A DNA stretch of 64,000 nt from Pristiophorus japonicus (Eukaryota), in NCBI RefSeq assembly GCF_044704955.1, contig NC_092006.1:5146001-5210000 (forward strand). The letters are read 5' to 3'. Position numbers and translations under genes: made by a program. Shown one piece after another: positions 40,026 to 53,636 of this stretch; positions within the stretch are counted from its first letter, which is position 1, and the number at the start of each line of letters is the position of its first letter. The notes under the pieces were generated by a model. That model saw nothing but the letters and a program-made list of their open reading frames with translations, was not told where the DNA came from and made no database searches.

Positions 40026-43000
40026 AAGGACAGTGGCTAAATACAGCGCTATGTATTCTGAATTCCCTGTCATTCTTCTGAACTCCAGTCCTTCAATATA
40101 CAAAAAGTTGCGAAGAAGTGAGACTCACATCACCATTGAAGATATTAGTGAAGGGGACACCGGCCACAGTTACCTCCCGGAGATGCGACGCTTTCACTCA
40201 GGAGATCCCCGGTGGCGTTGATCGGAACGGTGCAAATGCAGACGGCGCCGCTGCGCCAGGTTTCGGCCGAGACGCTCAGGTGGCTTCTGGCGGTATAGCT
40301 CCCGTCCGGCTCCAGCGTCCCGGGCTCGCTCCGTCCCTCGGCGGCCCGTCCCGCAACCAGCCAGCGGATGGGGAAGGAGTCGGGAGCAGCGCCCCGCACC
40401 AGACACATCAAGGGCACTCTCTCCAGCCGGAGAATCTCAGCCGGCGGCGGCGTTAAGAGGAAGAGGACCGGGGGGCCCGCTAGATGGAAAGGAAATTGGA
40501 ATTAACCAGGCGCACAAGGTAGGTTTGAATTGGTGTCTCGACGCACAATTGGATGGACGAGTGGGATTACCTGTGATCACCAGCGTGGTGCCAGTCCCGA
40601 ATATCAGGGACCGATTCCTGGCGTTTGGAGCAGCGCAGTAATACCGCCCAGAATCGCTCCTCTGGACGTTGTCAATGACCAGCGAATAATTCCCCGATTG
40701 CTCGCATACCTCGCCGGAAAATCTTCCCCCGGGCCTCACGAACCGTCCGGTTTTGTAAACGAGCCGCATGCCATCTCGGTGCCAGTGTGTGTACTAGTAA
40801 ACGATGCCCGGGGCCAGCCTCCCGGTCTGGCATTGCAGTTTGACCAGGCTCCCGACATCGGCCGTTAGCAGCGCCGGAAATTGGCTCAAGACCGCCTGAG
40901 ACACGACAGCTGAGACAAGGTTGCGGGGGGGTGGGGGGGGACACAAAAATTTAAAAAAACACAATATTAACAACAGGTTATAGGCCCCCGAGTCACCCTG
41001 GATACCGACACATCTCAAATTCCCCTCCACTGGCGCGTCGGGAGCGCGTGTGGGAAATTCCGCCGCGCTGCGCACCGTTAAATTGCGCCTCTCCGCCCGC
41101 AATTCCCACAGGCGCACAGTCCGAGTCCGTTCGCTGTGAAATCCGCTCCAATCATTGGCGAGCACCATGGCGACTGGCTGCAGTTAAGATTGCAAAATCC
41201 TTCTCCCAAACCGATTATGCTTCCCCCTGGTCTAACCCGGCTCTCCAATCCATCTCTCCAGGGGTTGGGGACCGGGGGGCGCTTGATTGTGTTAAAATGG
41301 GGCGATAGCTTTCTCACTAATTCCACTAGACAGGCCCCCCTCTCCCAACGGCAGACCCTCGCCTTCAAATACCGGAGTTCACTGACATCTTTATCTCAGT
41401 TCGGGGGCAGTTCAGTGTCACATTCGCTTCCACTCACCCATCACAATGTTCGGCTCCAAAGTCGCGCTATCGGTATTGAGCGAAGCCCGCACACCTTTAT
41501 ACTTTGCCCAATATCTAATCTGCTTCTTAAAAAAATGATAGTTAAACGCAAACTTGTGTATCAGCGAACGATGCAACACAGGAGGCCATTCGGCCCATCA
41601 AACCTGTGTTGTGCCGGCTCTGTGACAGAGCGACTCAATCATTCCCACTCCGCCCCTGCTCTTTCCCCACAGCCCGGCATATTGCCTACTTTCCAAATAT
41701 TTATCCAATTCCCCCGTTTGAAAGTCACTTTTTCATCTGCTCCCAGTGCCCCTTTCAGGCAGCGCGTTCCCGAGCACAAGCTCTCAGGGCTTGAAAACAC
41801 GTCCTGATCTCCCCCTCTGGTTCTGTTACCGATTATCTCAAACATGTGTCCTCTGCTTCCCCACCCTCCTCCCACTGGAAACAATCTCTCCTTCTTTACT
41901 CGATCGGAAAACTTCCCCTTATTAATTCAATACAAAAGCCTTCTCCTTATTAATTCTGTCCAAAACCCTTCTCCTTATTAATTCGCTCCAAAACCCTTCT
42001 CCTTATTAATTCGCTCCAAAACCCTTCTCCTTATTAATTCTCTACAAAATCCTTCTCCTTATTAATTCTCTCCAAAATCCTTCTCCTTATTAATTCGCTC
42101 CAAAACCCTTCTCCTTATTAATTCTAACCAAAACCCTTCTCCTTATTAATTATCTCCAAAATCATTCTCCTTATTAATTCGCTCCAAAACCCTTCTCCTT
42201 ATTAATTCTAACCAAAACCCTTCTCCTTATTAATTCTCTCCAAAACCCTTCTCCTTATTAATTCTATCCAAAACCCTTCTCATTATTAATTCACTCCAAA
42301 ACCCTTCTCCTTATTAATTCTCTCCAAAATTCTTCTCATTATTAATTCTCTCCAAAACCCTTCTCATTATTAATTCTCTCCAAAACCCTTCTCCTTATTA
42401 ATTCTCTCCAAAACCCTTCTCATTATTAATTCACTCCAAAACCCTTCTCCTAATGAATTCTCTCCAAAGCCTTTCTCATTATTAATTCTCTCCAAAACCC
42501 TTCTCCTTATTAATTCTAACCAAAACCCTTCTCCTTATTAATTCTCTCCAAGAGCCTTCTCCTTATTAATTCTCTCCAAAACTCTTCTCCTTATTAATTC
42601 TCTTCAAAACCCTTCTCCTTATTAATTCTATCCAAAACCCTTCTCCTTATTAATTCTCTCCAAAACCCTTCTCCTTATTAATTCTCTCCAAAACCCTTCT
42701 CATTATTAATTCTCTCCAAAACCCTTCTCCTTATTAATTCTCTCCAAAACCCTTCTCCTTATTAATTCGATCCAAAACCCTCCTCCTTATTAATTCTCTC
42801 CAAAACCCTTCTCCTTCTTAATTCTCTCCAAGACCCTTCTCATTATTAATTCTCTCCAAGACCCTTCTCCTTATTAATTCTCTCCAAAACCCTTCTCCTC
42901 ATTAATTCTCTCCAAAACCCTTTTCCTTATTAATTCTATCCAAAACCCTTGTCCTTATTAATTCTCTCCAAAATCCTCCTCCTTATTAATTCTCTCCAAA

Positions 43001-46000
43001 ACCCTTCTCATTATTAATTCTCTCCAAAATCCTTCTCCTTATTAATTCGCTCCAAAACCCTTCTCCTTATTAATTCTAACCAAAACCCTTCTCCTTATTA
43101 ATTATCTCCAAAATCATTCTCCTTATTAATTCGCTCCAAAACCCTTCTCCTTATTAATTCTAACCAAAACCCTTCTCCTTATTAATTCTCTCCAAAACCC
43201 TTCTCCTTATTAATTCTATCCAAAACCCTTCTCATTATTAATTCACTCCAAAACCCTTCTCCTTATTAATTCTCTCCAAAATTCTTCTCATTATTAATTC
43301 TCTCCAAAACCCTTCTCATTATTAATTCTCTCCAAAACCCTTCTCCTTATTAATTCTCTCCAAAACCCTTCTCATTATTAATTCACTCCAAAACCCTTCT
43401 CCTAATGAATTCTCTCCAAAGCCTTTCTCATTATTAATTCTCTCCAAAACCCTTCTCCTTATTAATTCTAACCAAAACCCTTCTCCTTATTAATTCTCTC
43501 CAAGACCCTTCTCCTTATTAATTCTCTCCAAAACTCTTCTCCTTATTAATTCTCTCCAAAACCCTTCTCCTTATTAATTCTCTCCAAAACGCTTCTCCTT
43601 ATTAATTCTCTCCAAAGCCTTCTCCTTATTAATTCTCTCCAAAACCCTTCTCATTATTAATTCTCTCCAAAACCCTTCTCCTTATTAATTCTCTCCAAAA
43701 CCCTTCTCCTTATTAATTCGATCCAAAACCCTCCTCCTTATTAATTCTCTCCAAAACCCTTCTCCTTATTAATTCTCTCCAAGACCCTTCTCATTATTAA
43801 TTCTCTCCAAGACCCTTCTCCTTATTAATTCTCTCCAAAACCCTTCTCCTCATTAATTCTCTCCAAAACCCTTCTCCTTATTAATTCGATCCAAAACCCT
43901 TGTCCTTATTAATTCTCTCCAAAATCCTCCTCCTTATTAATTCTCTCCAAAACCCTTCTCATTATTAATTCTCTCCAAAACCCTTCTCCTTATTAATTCT
44001 CTCCAAAACCCTTCTCCTTATTAATTCTCTCCAAAACCCTTCTCCTTATTAATTCTCTCAAAAACCCTTCTCCTTATTAATTCTATCCAAAAACCTTCCC
44101 ATTATTAATTCTCTCCAAAACCCTTCTCCTTATTAATTCTCTCCAAAACCCTTCTCCTTATTAATTCTATCCAAAACCCTTCTCCTTATTAATTCTATCC
44201 AAAACCCTTCTCCTTATTAATTCTATCCAAAACCCTTCTCCTTATTAATTCTCTCCAAAACCCTTCTCCTTATTAATTCTCTCCAAAACCCTGCTCCTTA
44301 TTAATTCTATCCAAAACCCTTCTCCTTATTAATTCTATTCAAAACCCTCCTCCTTATTAATTCTCTCCAAAACCCTTCTCCTTATTAATTCGCTCCAAAA
44401 CCCTTCTCCTTATTAATTCGCTCCAAAACCCTTCTCCTTATTAATTCTCTACAAAATCCTTCTCCTTATTAATTCTCTCCAAAATCCTTCTCCTTATTAA
44501 TTCGCTCCAAAACCCTTCTCCTTATTAATTCTAACCAAAACCCTTCTCCTTATTAATTATCTCCAAAATCATTCTCCTTATTAATTCGCTCCAAAACCCT
44601 TCTCCTTATTAATTCTAACCAAAACCCTTCTCCTTATTAATTCTCTCCAAAACCCTTCTCCTTATTAATTCTATCCAAAACCCTTCTCATTATTAATTCA
44701 CTCCAAAACCCTTCTCCTTATTAATTCTCTCCAAAATTCTTCTCATTATTAATTCTCTCCAAAACCCTTCTCATTATTAATTCTCTCCAAAACCCTTCTC
44801 CTTATTAATTCTCTCCAAAACCCTTCTCATTATTAATTCACTCCAAAACCCTTCTCCTAATGAATTCTCTCCAAAGCCTTTCTCATTATTAATTCTCTCC
44901 AAAACCCATCTCCTTATTAATTCTAACCAAAATCCTTCTCCTTATTAATTCTCTCCAAGACCCTTCTCCTTATTAATTCTCTCCAAAACTCTTCTCCTTA
45001 TTAATTCTCTCCAAAACCCTTCTCCTTATTAATTCTATCCAAAACCCTTCTCCTTATTAATTCTCTCCAAAACCCTTCTCCTTATTAATTCTCTCCAAAA
45101 CCTTTCTCATTATTAATTCTCTCCAAAACCCTTCTCCTTATTAATTCTCTCCAAAACCCTTCTCCTTATTAATTCGATCCAAAACCCTCCTCCTTATTAA
45201 TTCTCTCCAAAACCCTTCTCCTTATTAATTCTCTCCAAGACCCTTCTCATTATTAATTCTCTCCAAGACCCTTCTCCTTATTAATTCTCTCCAAAACCCT
45301 TCTCCTCATTAATTCTCTCCAAAACCCTTCTCCTTATTAATTCTATCCAAAACCCTTGTCCTTATTAATTCTCTCCAAAATCCTCCTCCTTATTAATTCT
45401 CTCCAAAACCCTTCTCATTATTAATTCTCTCCAAAATCCTTCTCCTTATTAATTCGCTCCAAAACCCTTCTCCTTATTAATTCTAACCAAAACCCTTCTC
45501 CTTATGAATTATCTCCAAAATCATTCTCCTTATTAATTCGCTCCAAAACCCTTCTCCTTATTAATTCTAACCAAAACCCTTCTCCTTATTAATTCTCTCC
45601 AAAACCCTTCTCCTTATTAATTCTCTCCAAAACCCTTATCCTTATTAATTCTATCCAAAATGCTCCTCCTTATTAATTCTCTCCAAAACCCTCCTCCTTA
45701 TTAATTCTCTCCAAAACCCTTCTCCTTATTAATTCTCTCCAAAACCCTGCTCCTTATTAATTCTATCCAAAACCCTTCTCCTTATTAATTCTATTCAAAA
45801 CCCTCCTCCTTATTAATTCTCTCCAAAACCCTTCTCCTTATTAATTCTCTCCAAGACCCTTCTCCTTATTAATTCTCTCCAAGACCCTTCTCCTTATTAA
45901 TTCTCTCCAAAACCCTTCTCCTTATTAATTCTCTCCAAAACCCTTCTCCTTATTAATTCTCTCAAAAACCCTTCTCCTTATTAATTCTATCCAAAAACCT

Positions 46001-46610
46001 TCCCATTATTAATTCTCTCCAAAACCCTTCTCCTTATTAATTCTCTCCAAAACCCTTCTCCTTATTAATTCTATCCAAAACCCTTCTCCTTATTAATTCT
46101 CTCCAAGACCCTTCTCCTTATTAATTCTCTCCAAGACCCTTCTCCTTATTAATTCTCTCCAAAACCCTTCTCCTTATTAATTCTATCCAAAACCCTTCTC
46201 CTTATTAATTCTCTCAAAAACCCTTCTCCTTATTAATTCTATCCAAAAACCTTCCCATTATTAATTCTCTCCAAAACCCTTCTCCTTATTAATTCTCTCC
46301 AAAACCCTTCTCCTTATTAATTCTATCCAAAACCCTTCTCCTTATTAATTCTATCCAAAACCCTTCTCCTTATTAATTCTCTCCAAAACCCTTCTCCTTA
46401 TTAATTCTCTCCAAAACCCTTTTCCTTATTAATTCTCTCAAAAACCCTTCTCCTTATTAATTCTCTCCAAAACCCTTTTCCTTATTAATTCGCTCCAAAA
46501 CCCTTCCCTTGGTTGACTCTCTCCTAACCCCTTCCTCACTCTGGCAAAACATCGAAGGCTATCTCACCTTGGAAGAGATGGAACAGCACACAGAGACCAC
46601 AGAAGCTCAT
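35182..46610 (-). pseudogene. Gene C: VJ-C1 receptor paralog, V-domain Trp to stop; inverted partner of gene D
   Basis: Minus-strand exons 46568-46610 (MSFCGLCVLFHLFQ), 40571-40909 (V-J; TAG at 40794-40796 where D has TGG), 40174-40479 (C1), 37828-37934 (TM, 107 nt), 35182-35226 (TLYAQLAFNTEPTL*). No homolog of the 59-nt cytoplasmic exon found. Confidence 0.8.
41915..46510. repeat. 28-bp minisatellite (TTATTAATTCTCTCCAAAACCCTTCTCC)n, ~160 units, in leader-V intron of gene C
   Basis: 28-nt period read directly (e.g. 42003 to 42031). Confidence 0.97.
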
Positions 46611-47307
46611 TATCCCTGCCCCAGGAGGGTTGAACTCTGATGCTGGGACTGGCAGCTCAGGGAGGAATGCTTGTCAGCAGGTCGGTGCGAGGCTGGTGTG
46701 AAATGCCGAGCCAATTGTGGTAAGCACGCACTGTGTTTATTAATAAATGTACGATTTGGGCTGCAAAATAGTGCCGAAGCAGAAAGCTCTGTGTGGGTTT
46801 CCTGTTTTTACAGGTAAAGAGATGAAACACACACACACCATCTGTGTTACAGAAGGCACCTCGTCTCTACGCATGTTAGTTTGACCACACTTGGAGCACT
46901 GCGCACGGTTCTGGTCTCCATCTTTCAAAAGAATATAGAGGCACTGGAGCGGGTGTAAACAAGATTCAGAAAGATGACCCCAGAACTGAGAGAGGTTATA
47001 CTGATCAGGAAAGGCTCAACAGACTGGGGCACTTTCTCCAGAAAATTACATAGTATGTGCATCACAGAAACAGACCATTCAGCCCCACCGCTCCGTGCCG
47101 GGGTTTATGCTCCACACCAGCCCCTCCCACCTCTCTCCATCTCACCCCATTCGCCATATCCTTCTATTCCTTTCTCCCTCATGTGTTTATCCAGCCTCCC
47201 CTTAAATACATCGATACTATTCGCCTCAACCCCTCCCTGTGGCAGCAAGTTCCACATCTCAGCACTCTCTGGGTCAAGAAGTTTCTCCTGAATGCCCCAT
47301 TGGGTTT

Positions 47308-48777
47308 ATAAGAACATAAGAAACAGGAGCAGGAGTAGGCCATTCGGCCCCTCGAGCCTGCTCTGCCATTTAGTACGATCATGGCTGATCTGATCATGGA
47401 CTCAGCTCCACTTCCCTGCCCGCCCCCTTATTCCCTTATCGTTTAAGAAACTGTCTTAAATTTATTCAATGTCCCAGCTTCCACAGCTCTCTGAGGCAGC
47501 AAATTCCACAGATTTACAACCCTCTGAGAGAAGAAATTTCTCCTCATCTCAGTTTTAAATGGGCGGCCCCTTATTCTAAGACCATGCCCCCTAGTTCTAG
47601 TCTCTCCCATCAGTGAAAACATCCTCTCTGCATCCACCTTGTCAAGCCCCCTCATAATCTTATATGTTTCGATAAGATCACCTTTCATTCTTCTGAATTC
47701 CAATGAGTAGAGGCCCAACCTACTCAACCTTTCCTCATAAGTCAACCCCCTCATCCCCGGAATCAACTGAGTGAACCTTCTCTGAACTGCCTCCAAAGCA
47801 AGTATATCCTTTCGTAAATATGGAAACCAAAACTGCACGCAGTACTCCAGGTGTGGCCTCACCAATACCCTGTATAACTGTAGCAAGACTTCCCTGCTTT
47901 TATACTCCATCCCCTTTGCAATAAAGGCCAAGATTCCATTGGTCTTCCTGATCACTTGCTGTACCTGCATACTATCCTTTTGTGTTTCATGCACAAGTAC
48001 CCCCAGGTCCCGCTGTACTGCAGCACTTTGCAATCTTTCTCCATTTAAATAATAACTTGCTCTTTGATTTTTTTCTGCCAAAGTGCATGACTTCACACTT
48101 TCCAACATTATACTCCATCTGCCAAATTTTTGCCCACTCACTTAGCCTGTCTCTGTCCTTTTGCAGATTTTTTGTGTCCTCCTCACACATTGTTTTTCCT
48201 CCCATCTTTGTATCATCAGCAAACTTGGCTACGTTACACTCAGTCCCTTCTTCCAAGTCGTCAATCTAGATTCCAAGTCGCCAATACAACACTGATCCCT
48301 GCGGCACCCCCCTAGATACAGATTGCCAATCTGAGAATGAACCATTTATCCCGACTCTCTGTTTTCTGTTTGTTAGCCAATCCTCTAATCATGCTAATAT
48401 ATTGCCCCCAACCCCGTAAACTTTTATCTTGTGCAGTAACCTTTCATGTGGCACCTTGTCAAATGCCTTCTGGAAGTCCAAATACACCACATCCACTGGT
48501 TCCCCTTTATCCATCTTGTTCATTACATCCTAAAAGAATTCCAGCAAATTTGTCAAACATGACTTCCCCTTCATAAATCCATGCTGACTCTGCCTGACCC
48601 AATTTTGCTTTTCCAAATGTCCTGCTACTGCTTCTTTAATAATGCACTCCAACATTTTCCCGACCACAGATGTTAGGCTAACTGGTCTATAGTTTCCTGC
48701 TTTTTGTCTGCCTCCTTTTTTAAATAGGGGCGTTACATTTGAAGTTTTCCAATCTGCTGGGACCTCTGCAGAATCCA
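47308..48777 (-). mobile_element. Longest CR1 fragment, reaching into the RT domain (deleted, frameshifted)
   Basis: NYRPVSLTSVVGK...QHGFMKGKSCLTNLLEFF and KFADDTK motifs in the ORF track. Confidence 0.9.
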
Positions 48778-51089
48778 TTTATGAGTGACTGTCTTATATC
48801 GATGGCCCCCTCGTTCTGGTCTTCTCCCTCAAGTTGGAAGCATCTCTATTGTGAGGCAGAAGTGGATATGATCCATTCAGACTTCCCTATAATGGTGGTG
48901 AGCACATATTTGAGGTATGGAGAACCCAGATGCAATGAAAATGGGTTAAGAATGTAAAAAAACACAAGATAAGGCCCGAGGACTGTGCAAGAAACAGACC
49001 TGGGAAACATAGACATAGAAACACAGAAAATAGGTGCAGGAGCAGGCCATTCGACCCTTCGAGCCTGCACCACCATTCAATATGATCATGGCTGATCATG
49101 CAACTTCAGTACCCCATTCCTGCTTTCTCTCCATACCCCCTTGATCCCTTTAGCCGTAAGGGCCACATCTAACTCCTTTTTGAATATATCCAACGAACTG
49201 GCCTCAACAACTTTCTGTGGTAGAGAATTCCACAGGTTCACAATTCTCTGAGTGAAGAAGTTTCTCCTCATCTCGGTCCTAAATGGCTTACCCCTTATCC
49301 TTAGACTGTGACCCCTGGTTCTGGACTTCCCCAACATCGGGAATATGCTTCCTGCATCTAGAATTGGCTTCGAAAAGGCGGATCCCAAACAATAGTGAGA
49401 GTTAATAACTAACTTTACTGCATGCATTTCTGTTCGAACTATTAACGAGGTCAGGTGTAATCGAATAAACAGGGCTCGACGATTTCTGGAGACTGGGGCA
49501 AACCGGGTTCAACTGGGTGCTGTCTATAATACACGTGTCTTAATTTCCAGAATTATCCAGATAACCAATTATTCACACGAGTGAATCTAGGTAAATAAGA
49601 TTAACTCGCAGCACAACTCATTGCAAAATCCGTCGTCCCCTTTGAGGATTGATGGAACTTTATGTCAGAATATATGGGTTTAAAAAGAACAAGTTATGCC
49701 AGAAAGCAGCAGTAAGGGTGTGTTACCAGCTATAATCCGCAAACTCTGTATAAAACGTTGAGGGGGCTTGGAACCAGAAAAGCCAGCGTGTTGCAGACAA
49801 TGTGCTGTCCCAGTATGGAGATCTGTGCTCCAATTTATTCTGTCCCAGGCCTCAAATCAGCAAATGGGCGGTTTGGTCACTCCTGGGAATCGCCACTTCT
49901 ATCATCGTGGCATCCCCACCGACACCTGGGAGTCCCTGTGGCCAAAGACCAGTGGAGGAAGTGCATCCGGGAGGGCGCTGAGCACCTCGAGTCTGGTCGC
50001 CGAGAGCGTGCAGAAACCAAGCGCAGGCAGCGGAAGGAGCGTGCGGCAAACCTGTCCCACCCTCCCCTTACCCTCAACCACTGTCTGTCCCACCCGTGAC
50101 AGGGGACTGTGGCTCTCGTATTGGACTGTTCGGCCACCGAAGGACTCATGCTAAGAGTGGAAGCGAGTCTTCCTCGATTCCGAGGGCCTGCCGACGATGA
50201 TGATTATATTGTAGGACAGCTCTGTCTTCTACGTCAATGTGTATGCGCGTCGTGCACAACGGTTGATTCACATCCGAATCATTGAAAGATTTGTTTGCCA
50301 GTGATATCAAGGGCTTTTATTTTGCACTGGAAGTTGAGAATAAATGGACCTGAAACGGGAAGTTCTACTGACAGCACTGCGGTATAGCGCCGGCTAGCGA
50401 TGAAATTGATGTCGTGCAACACCCCCCCCAAAGGCCAGTTATCGCACTCAGTACCCCAGGGTGAGAGGTTCCTTGGGTATTTGACGATCCGGACATTTCT
50501 TTGGCCAGTAACGCGCGGACCCACTAATTCAAGAGGACTGGTGGGTCAGTGCTCAGTTGAAATCTGATATCCCCCACACAACAGAGAAATGCAGTTCATT
50601 GCAGGGGTCCCGCAAATAACCCATCTTTTAGCACCAGGAGGAGGCCATTCAGCCCCTCGAGCCTGCGGTTCCATTCAGTTAGCTCATGGGCTGATCTGTA
50701 TCTTAACCCCATCCACCTGCCTTGGTCCCATAACCCTGAATACCCTTACCCAACAAATAACTATCCATCTTAGTTTTGACATTTTACAATTGCCCCCCCC
50801 CCCAGCCTCGACAGCTTTCTGAGGTAGAGAGTTCCACATTGCCACTACCCTTTGTGTGAAGAAGGGCTTCCTGACATCAACCCTCAATGGCCTGGCTCTA
50901 ATTTTAAGGTGACATCCCCTTGTTCTGGACTCCCCCCACCAAGAGGCCATAGTTTCTCTCGATCTACCCCCTCAACTCCTTCAATCATCTTAAATACTTC
51001 AAATAGATCATTCCTTGATCTTCTATATTCAAGAGAATTCAAGCCTCGTCCATGCAAACGGTCCTCACAATTGAACTCTTTCCCATAGT

Positions 51090-51810
51090 GTCAGCTGTGG
51101 TTGTGGGTAGCACACTCGTCTCAGAGTCAGAAGGTCATCGGTTCAAGTCCCACTCCAGGAACTTGAGCATATAAATCCAAGATGGCACTCCCAGTGCAGT
51201 GCTGAGGGAGCGCCGCACTGTCGGAGGGGCGGTGCTGAGGGAGCGCCGCACTGTCGGAGGGGCGGTGCTGAGGGAGCGCTGCACTGTCGGAGGGGCAGTG
51301 CTGAGGGAGTGCCGCACTGTCGGAGGGGCAGTGCTGAGGGAGCGCCGCACTGTCAGAGAGGCGGTACTGAGGGAGTGCCGCACTGTCGGAGGGGCAGTGC
51401 TGAGGGTGCGCCGCACTGTCGGAGGGGCCGTACTGAGGGAGTGCCGCATTGTCATAGGGACGATACTGAGGGAGCGCCGCACTGTCGGAGGTGCTGTCTT
51501 TCAGATGAGACATTTAAACCGAGGCCCTGTCTGCCCTCTCAGGTGGATGTAAAAGATCCCATGGCACTATTTCGAAGAAGAGTAGGGGAGTTATCTCTGG
51601 TTCTTGGCCAATATTTATCCCTCAATCTACAAAGCAGATGATCTGGGTCATTATCACATTGCTGTGTGTGGGAGCTTGCTGTGCGCAAATTCAGCAGCTG
51701 CGTTTCTCACATTACAACAGTGACTATACTCCAAAAGTACTTCATTGGCTGTAAAGCGCAGTTTGAGACGTCCAGTGGTCATGAAAGGCGCTATATAAAT
51801 GCAATGGCTT
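51090..51810 (+). mobile_element. Deu-domain SINE, same family
   Basis: Head with GGTTCAAGTCC B box, 33-bp array 51195-51490, Deu core; partial copies also at ~6190-6420, 19305-19590, 30220-30515, 60710-61060. Confidence 0.8.
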
Positions 51811-53440
51811 TCTTCTTTCTAGCCCCTGCATAAAGTATCTGTTTAAGTCTCAAATGAGGTATTGTATACTGGGATTACTCCAACCCCGGTAAATTTCTCT
51901 ATTTGAACTAGCCGGAACTACGCGTGAGTTGGATAAAATTTACCAAAGATATTTGATAGCATTCCATTGCTACCACAAGTCACACACCACCTCGGGATTT
52001 CCGGATCTGCTTTACAGTCAACGGAGCAACATTTTCAAGTGTGGTCACTGGTGCAATGTCGGGACACGCGGCCAATTTCCGCACAGCAAGCTCCCACAAA
52101 CTCACGCTTACCAAAAGAAAATCACTAAACTGGCTGTAAAGCGCGTTGGGACGTCCTGATGTCATGAAAGGCACTATATAAATTCCCTAAATTAAGAAGT
52201 GTGGGTTATAGACAGGCCCCAGTCTCTAGAACTTGTCGGTCCCTGTTTACCGATTACACCTAGTTCGAACAGAAATGCACACAGTAAAGTTAGTTATTTA
52301 TTCTCAATATTGTTTCCGATCCTCCTTTTCTAAGAGGAGCCAATTCTAGTTCTCGGGTCTGTTTCTTGCACAGTCCTCGGGCCTTATCTTGTGTGTTTTT
52401 ACATTCTTAACACGTCTACATTACATCTGACTTCTCCATACCTCAAATATGTGCTCACCCCCCACCCCGTTATAGAGAAGGCTGTATGGATCCTATCCAC
52501 TACCGTCTCACAATAGAGATGTTTCCACTTGTGGGAGAGCCTAGATCTAGGGGGCCATCACTATACGACAGTCACCCATAAATCCAATGGGGAATTCAGG
52601 AGAAACTTCATCACCCAGAAAATGGGGAGAATGTGGAACTCGCTGCCAAAGGGAGGGGTTGAAAATAGGTGCAGGAACAGGCCATTCGGCCCTTTGAACC
52701 TGCACCACCATTCAATATGATCATGGCTGATCATGCAACTTCAGTACCCCATTCCTGCTTTCTCTCCATACCCCCTTGATCCCTTCAGCCGTAAGGACCA
52801 CATCTAACTCCCTTTTGAATATATCCAACGAACTGGCCTCAACAACTCTCTGCAGGAGAGACTTCCACAGGTTCACAATTCTCTGAGTGAAGAAGTTTCT
52901 CCTCATCTCGGTCCTAGATGGCTTACCCCTTATCCTGAGAGTGTGACCCCTGGTTCTGGACTTCCCCAACATCGGGAACATTCTTCCTGCATCTACCCGG
53001 TCCAATCCCGGCAGAATCTGAGGCGAATAGTATCGATGCATTTAAGGGGAGGCTGGATCAACACATGAGGGAGAAAGTAATAGAAGGATATGGGGATGGG
53101 GTGAGATGGAGAGTGGTGGGAGGGGCTGGTGTGGAGCATAAACCCCGGCACGGAGCGGTGGGGCTGAATGATCTGTTTCTGTGATGTACATTCTCTCTAA
53201 TTTTCGAGAGAAAAGTGCCCCAGTCTGTTGAGCCTTTCCTGATCAGTATAACCTCTCTCAATTCTGGTGTCATCTTTCTGAATCTTGTTTACACCCGCTC
53301 CAGTGTCTCTATATTCTTTTGAAAGATGGAGACCAGAACCGTGCGCAGTGCTCCAAGTGTGGTCAAACTAACATGCGTAGAGACGAGGTGCCTTCTGTAA
53401 CACAGATGGTGTGTGTGTGTTTTATCTCTTTACCTGTAAA

Positions 53441-53455
53441 AACAGGAAACCCACA
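53441..53455 (+). promoter_or_regulatory. Conserved proximal-promoter motif AACAGGAAACCCRCA (ETS core + RUNX-like), gene D
   Basis: Same 15-mer, same orientation relative to transcription, upstream of gene C (46792-46806) and of the diverged gene B (30876-30890). Confidence 0.5.
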
Positions 53456-53636
53456 CAGAGCTTTCTGCCTTGGCACTATTTTGCAGCCCAAATCGTACAT
53501 TTATTAATAAACACAGTGCGTGCTTACCACAATTGGCTCGGCATTTCACACCAGCCTCGCACCGACCTGCTGACAACCATTCCTCCCTGAGCTGCCAGTC
53601 CCAGCATCAGAGTTCAACCCTCCTGGGGCAGGGATA

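Noticed and set aside
41136-41807. 223-aa ORF conserved with 55755..56426
   Set aside because: Antisense to the leader-V intron, no recognisable domain; conservation is explained by the near-identical inverted arms
41915-46510. CRISPR-like array
   Set aside because: Head-to-tail units without unique spacers in vertebrate DNA; a minisatellite
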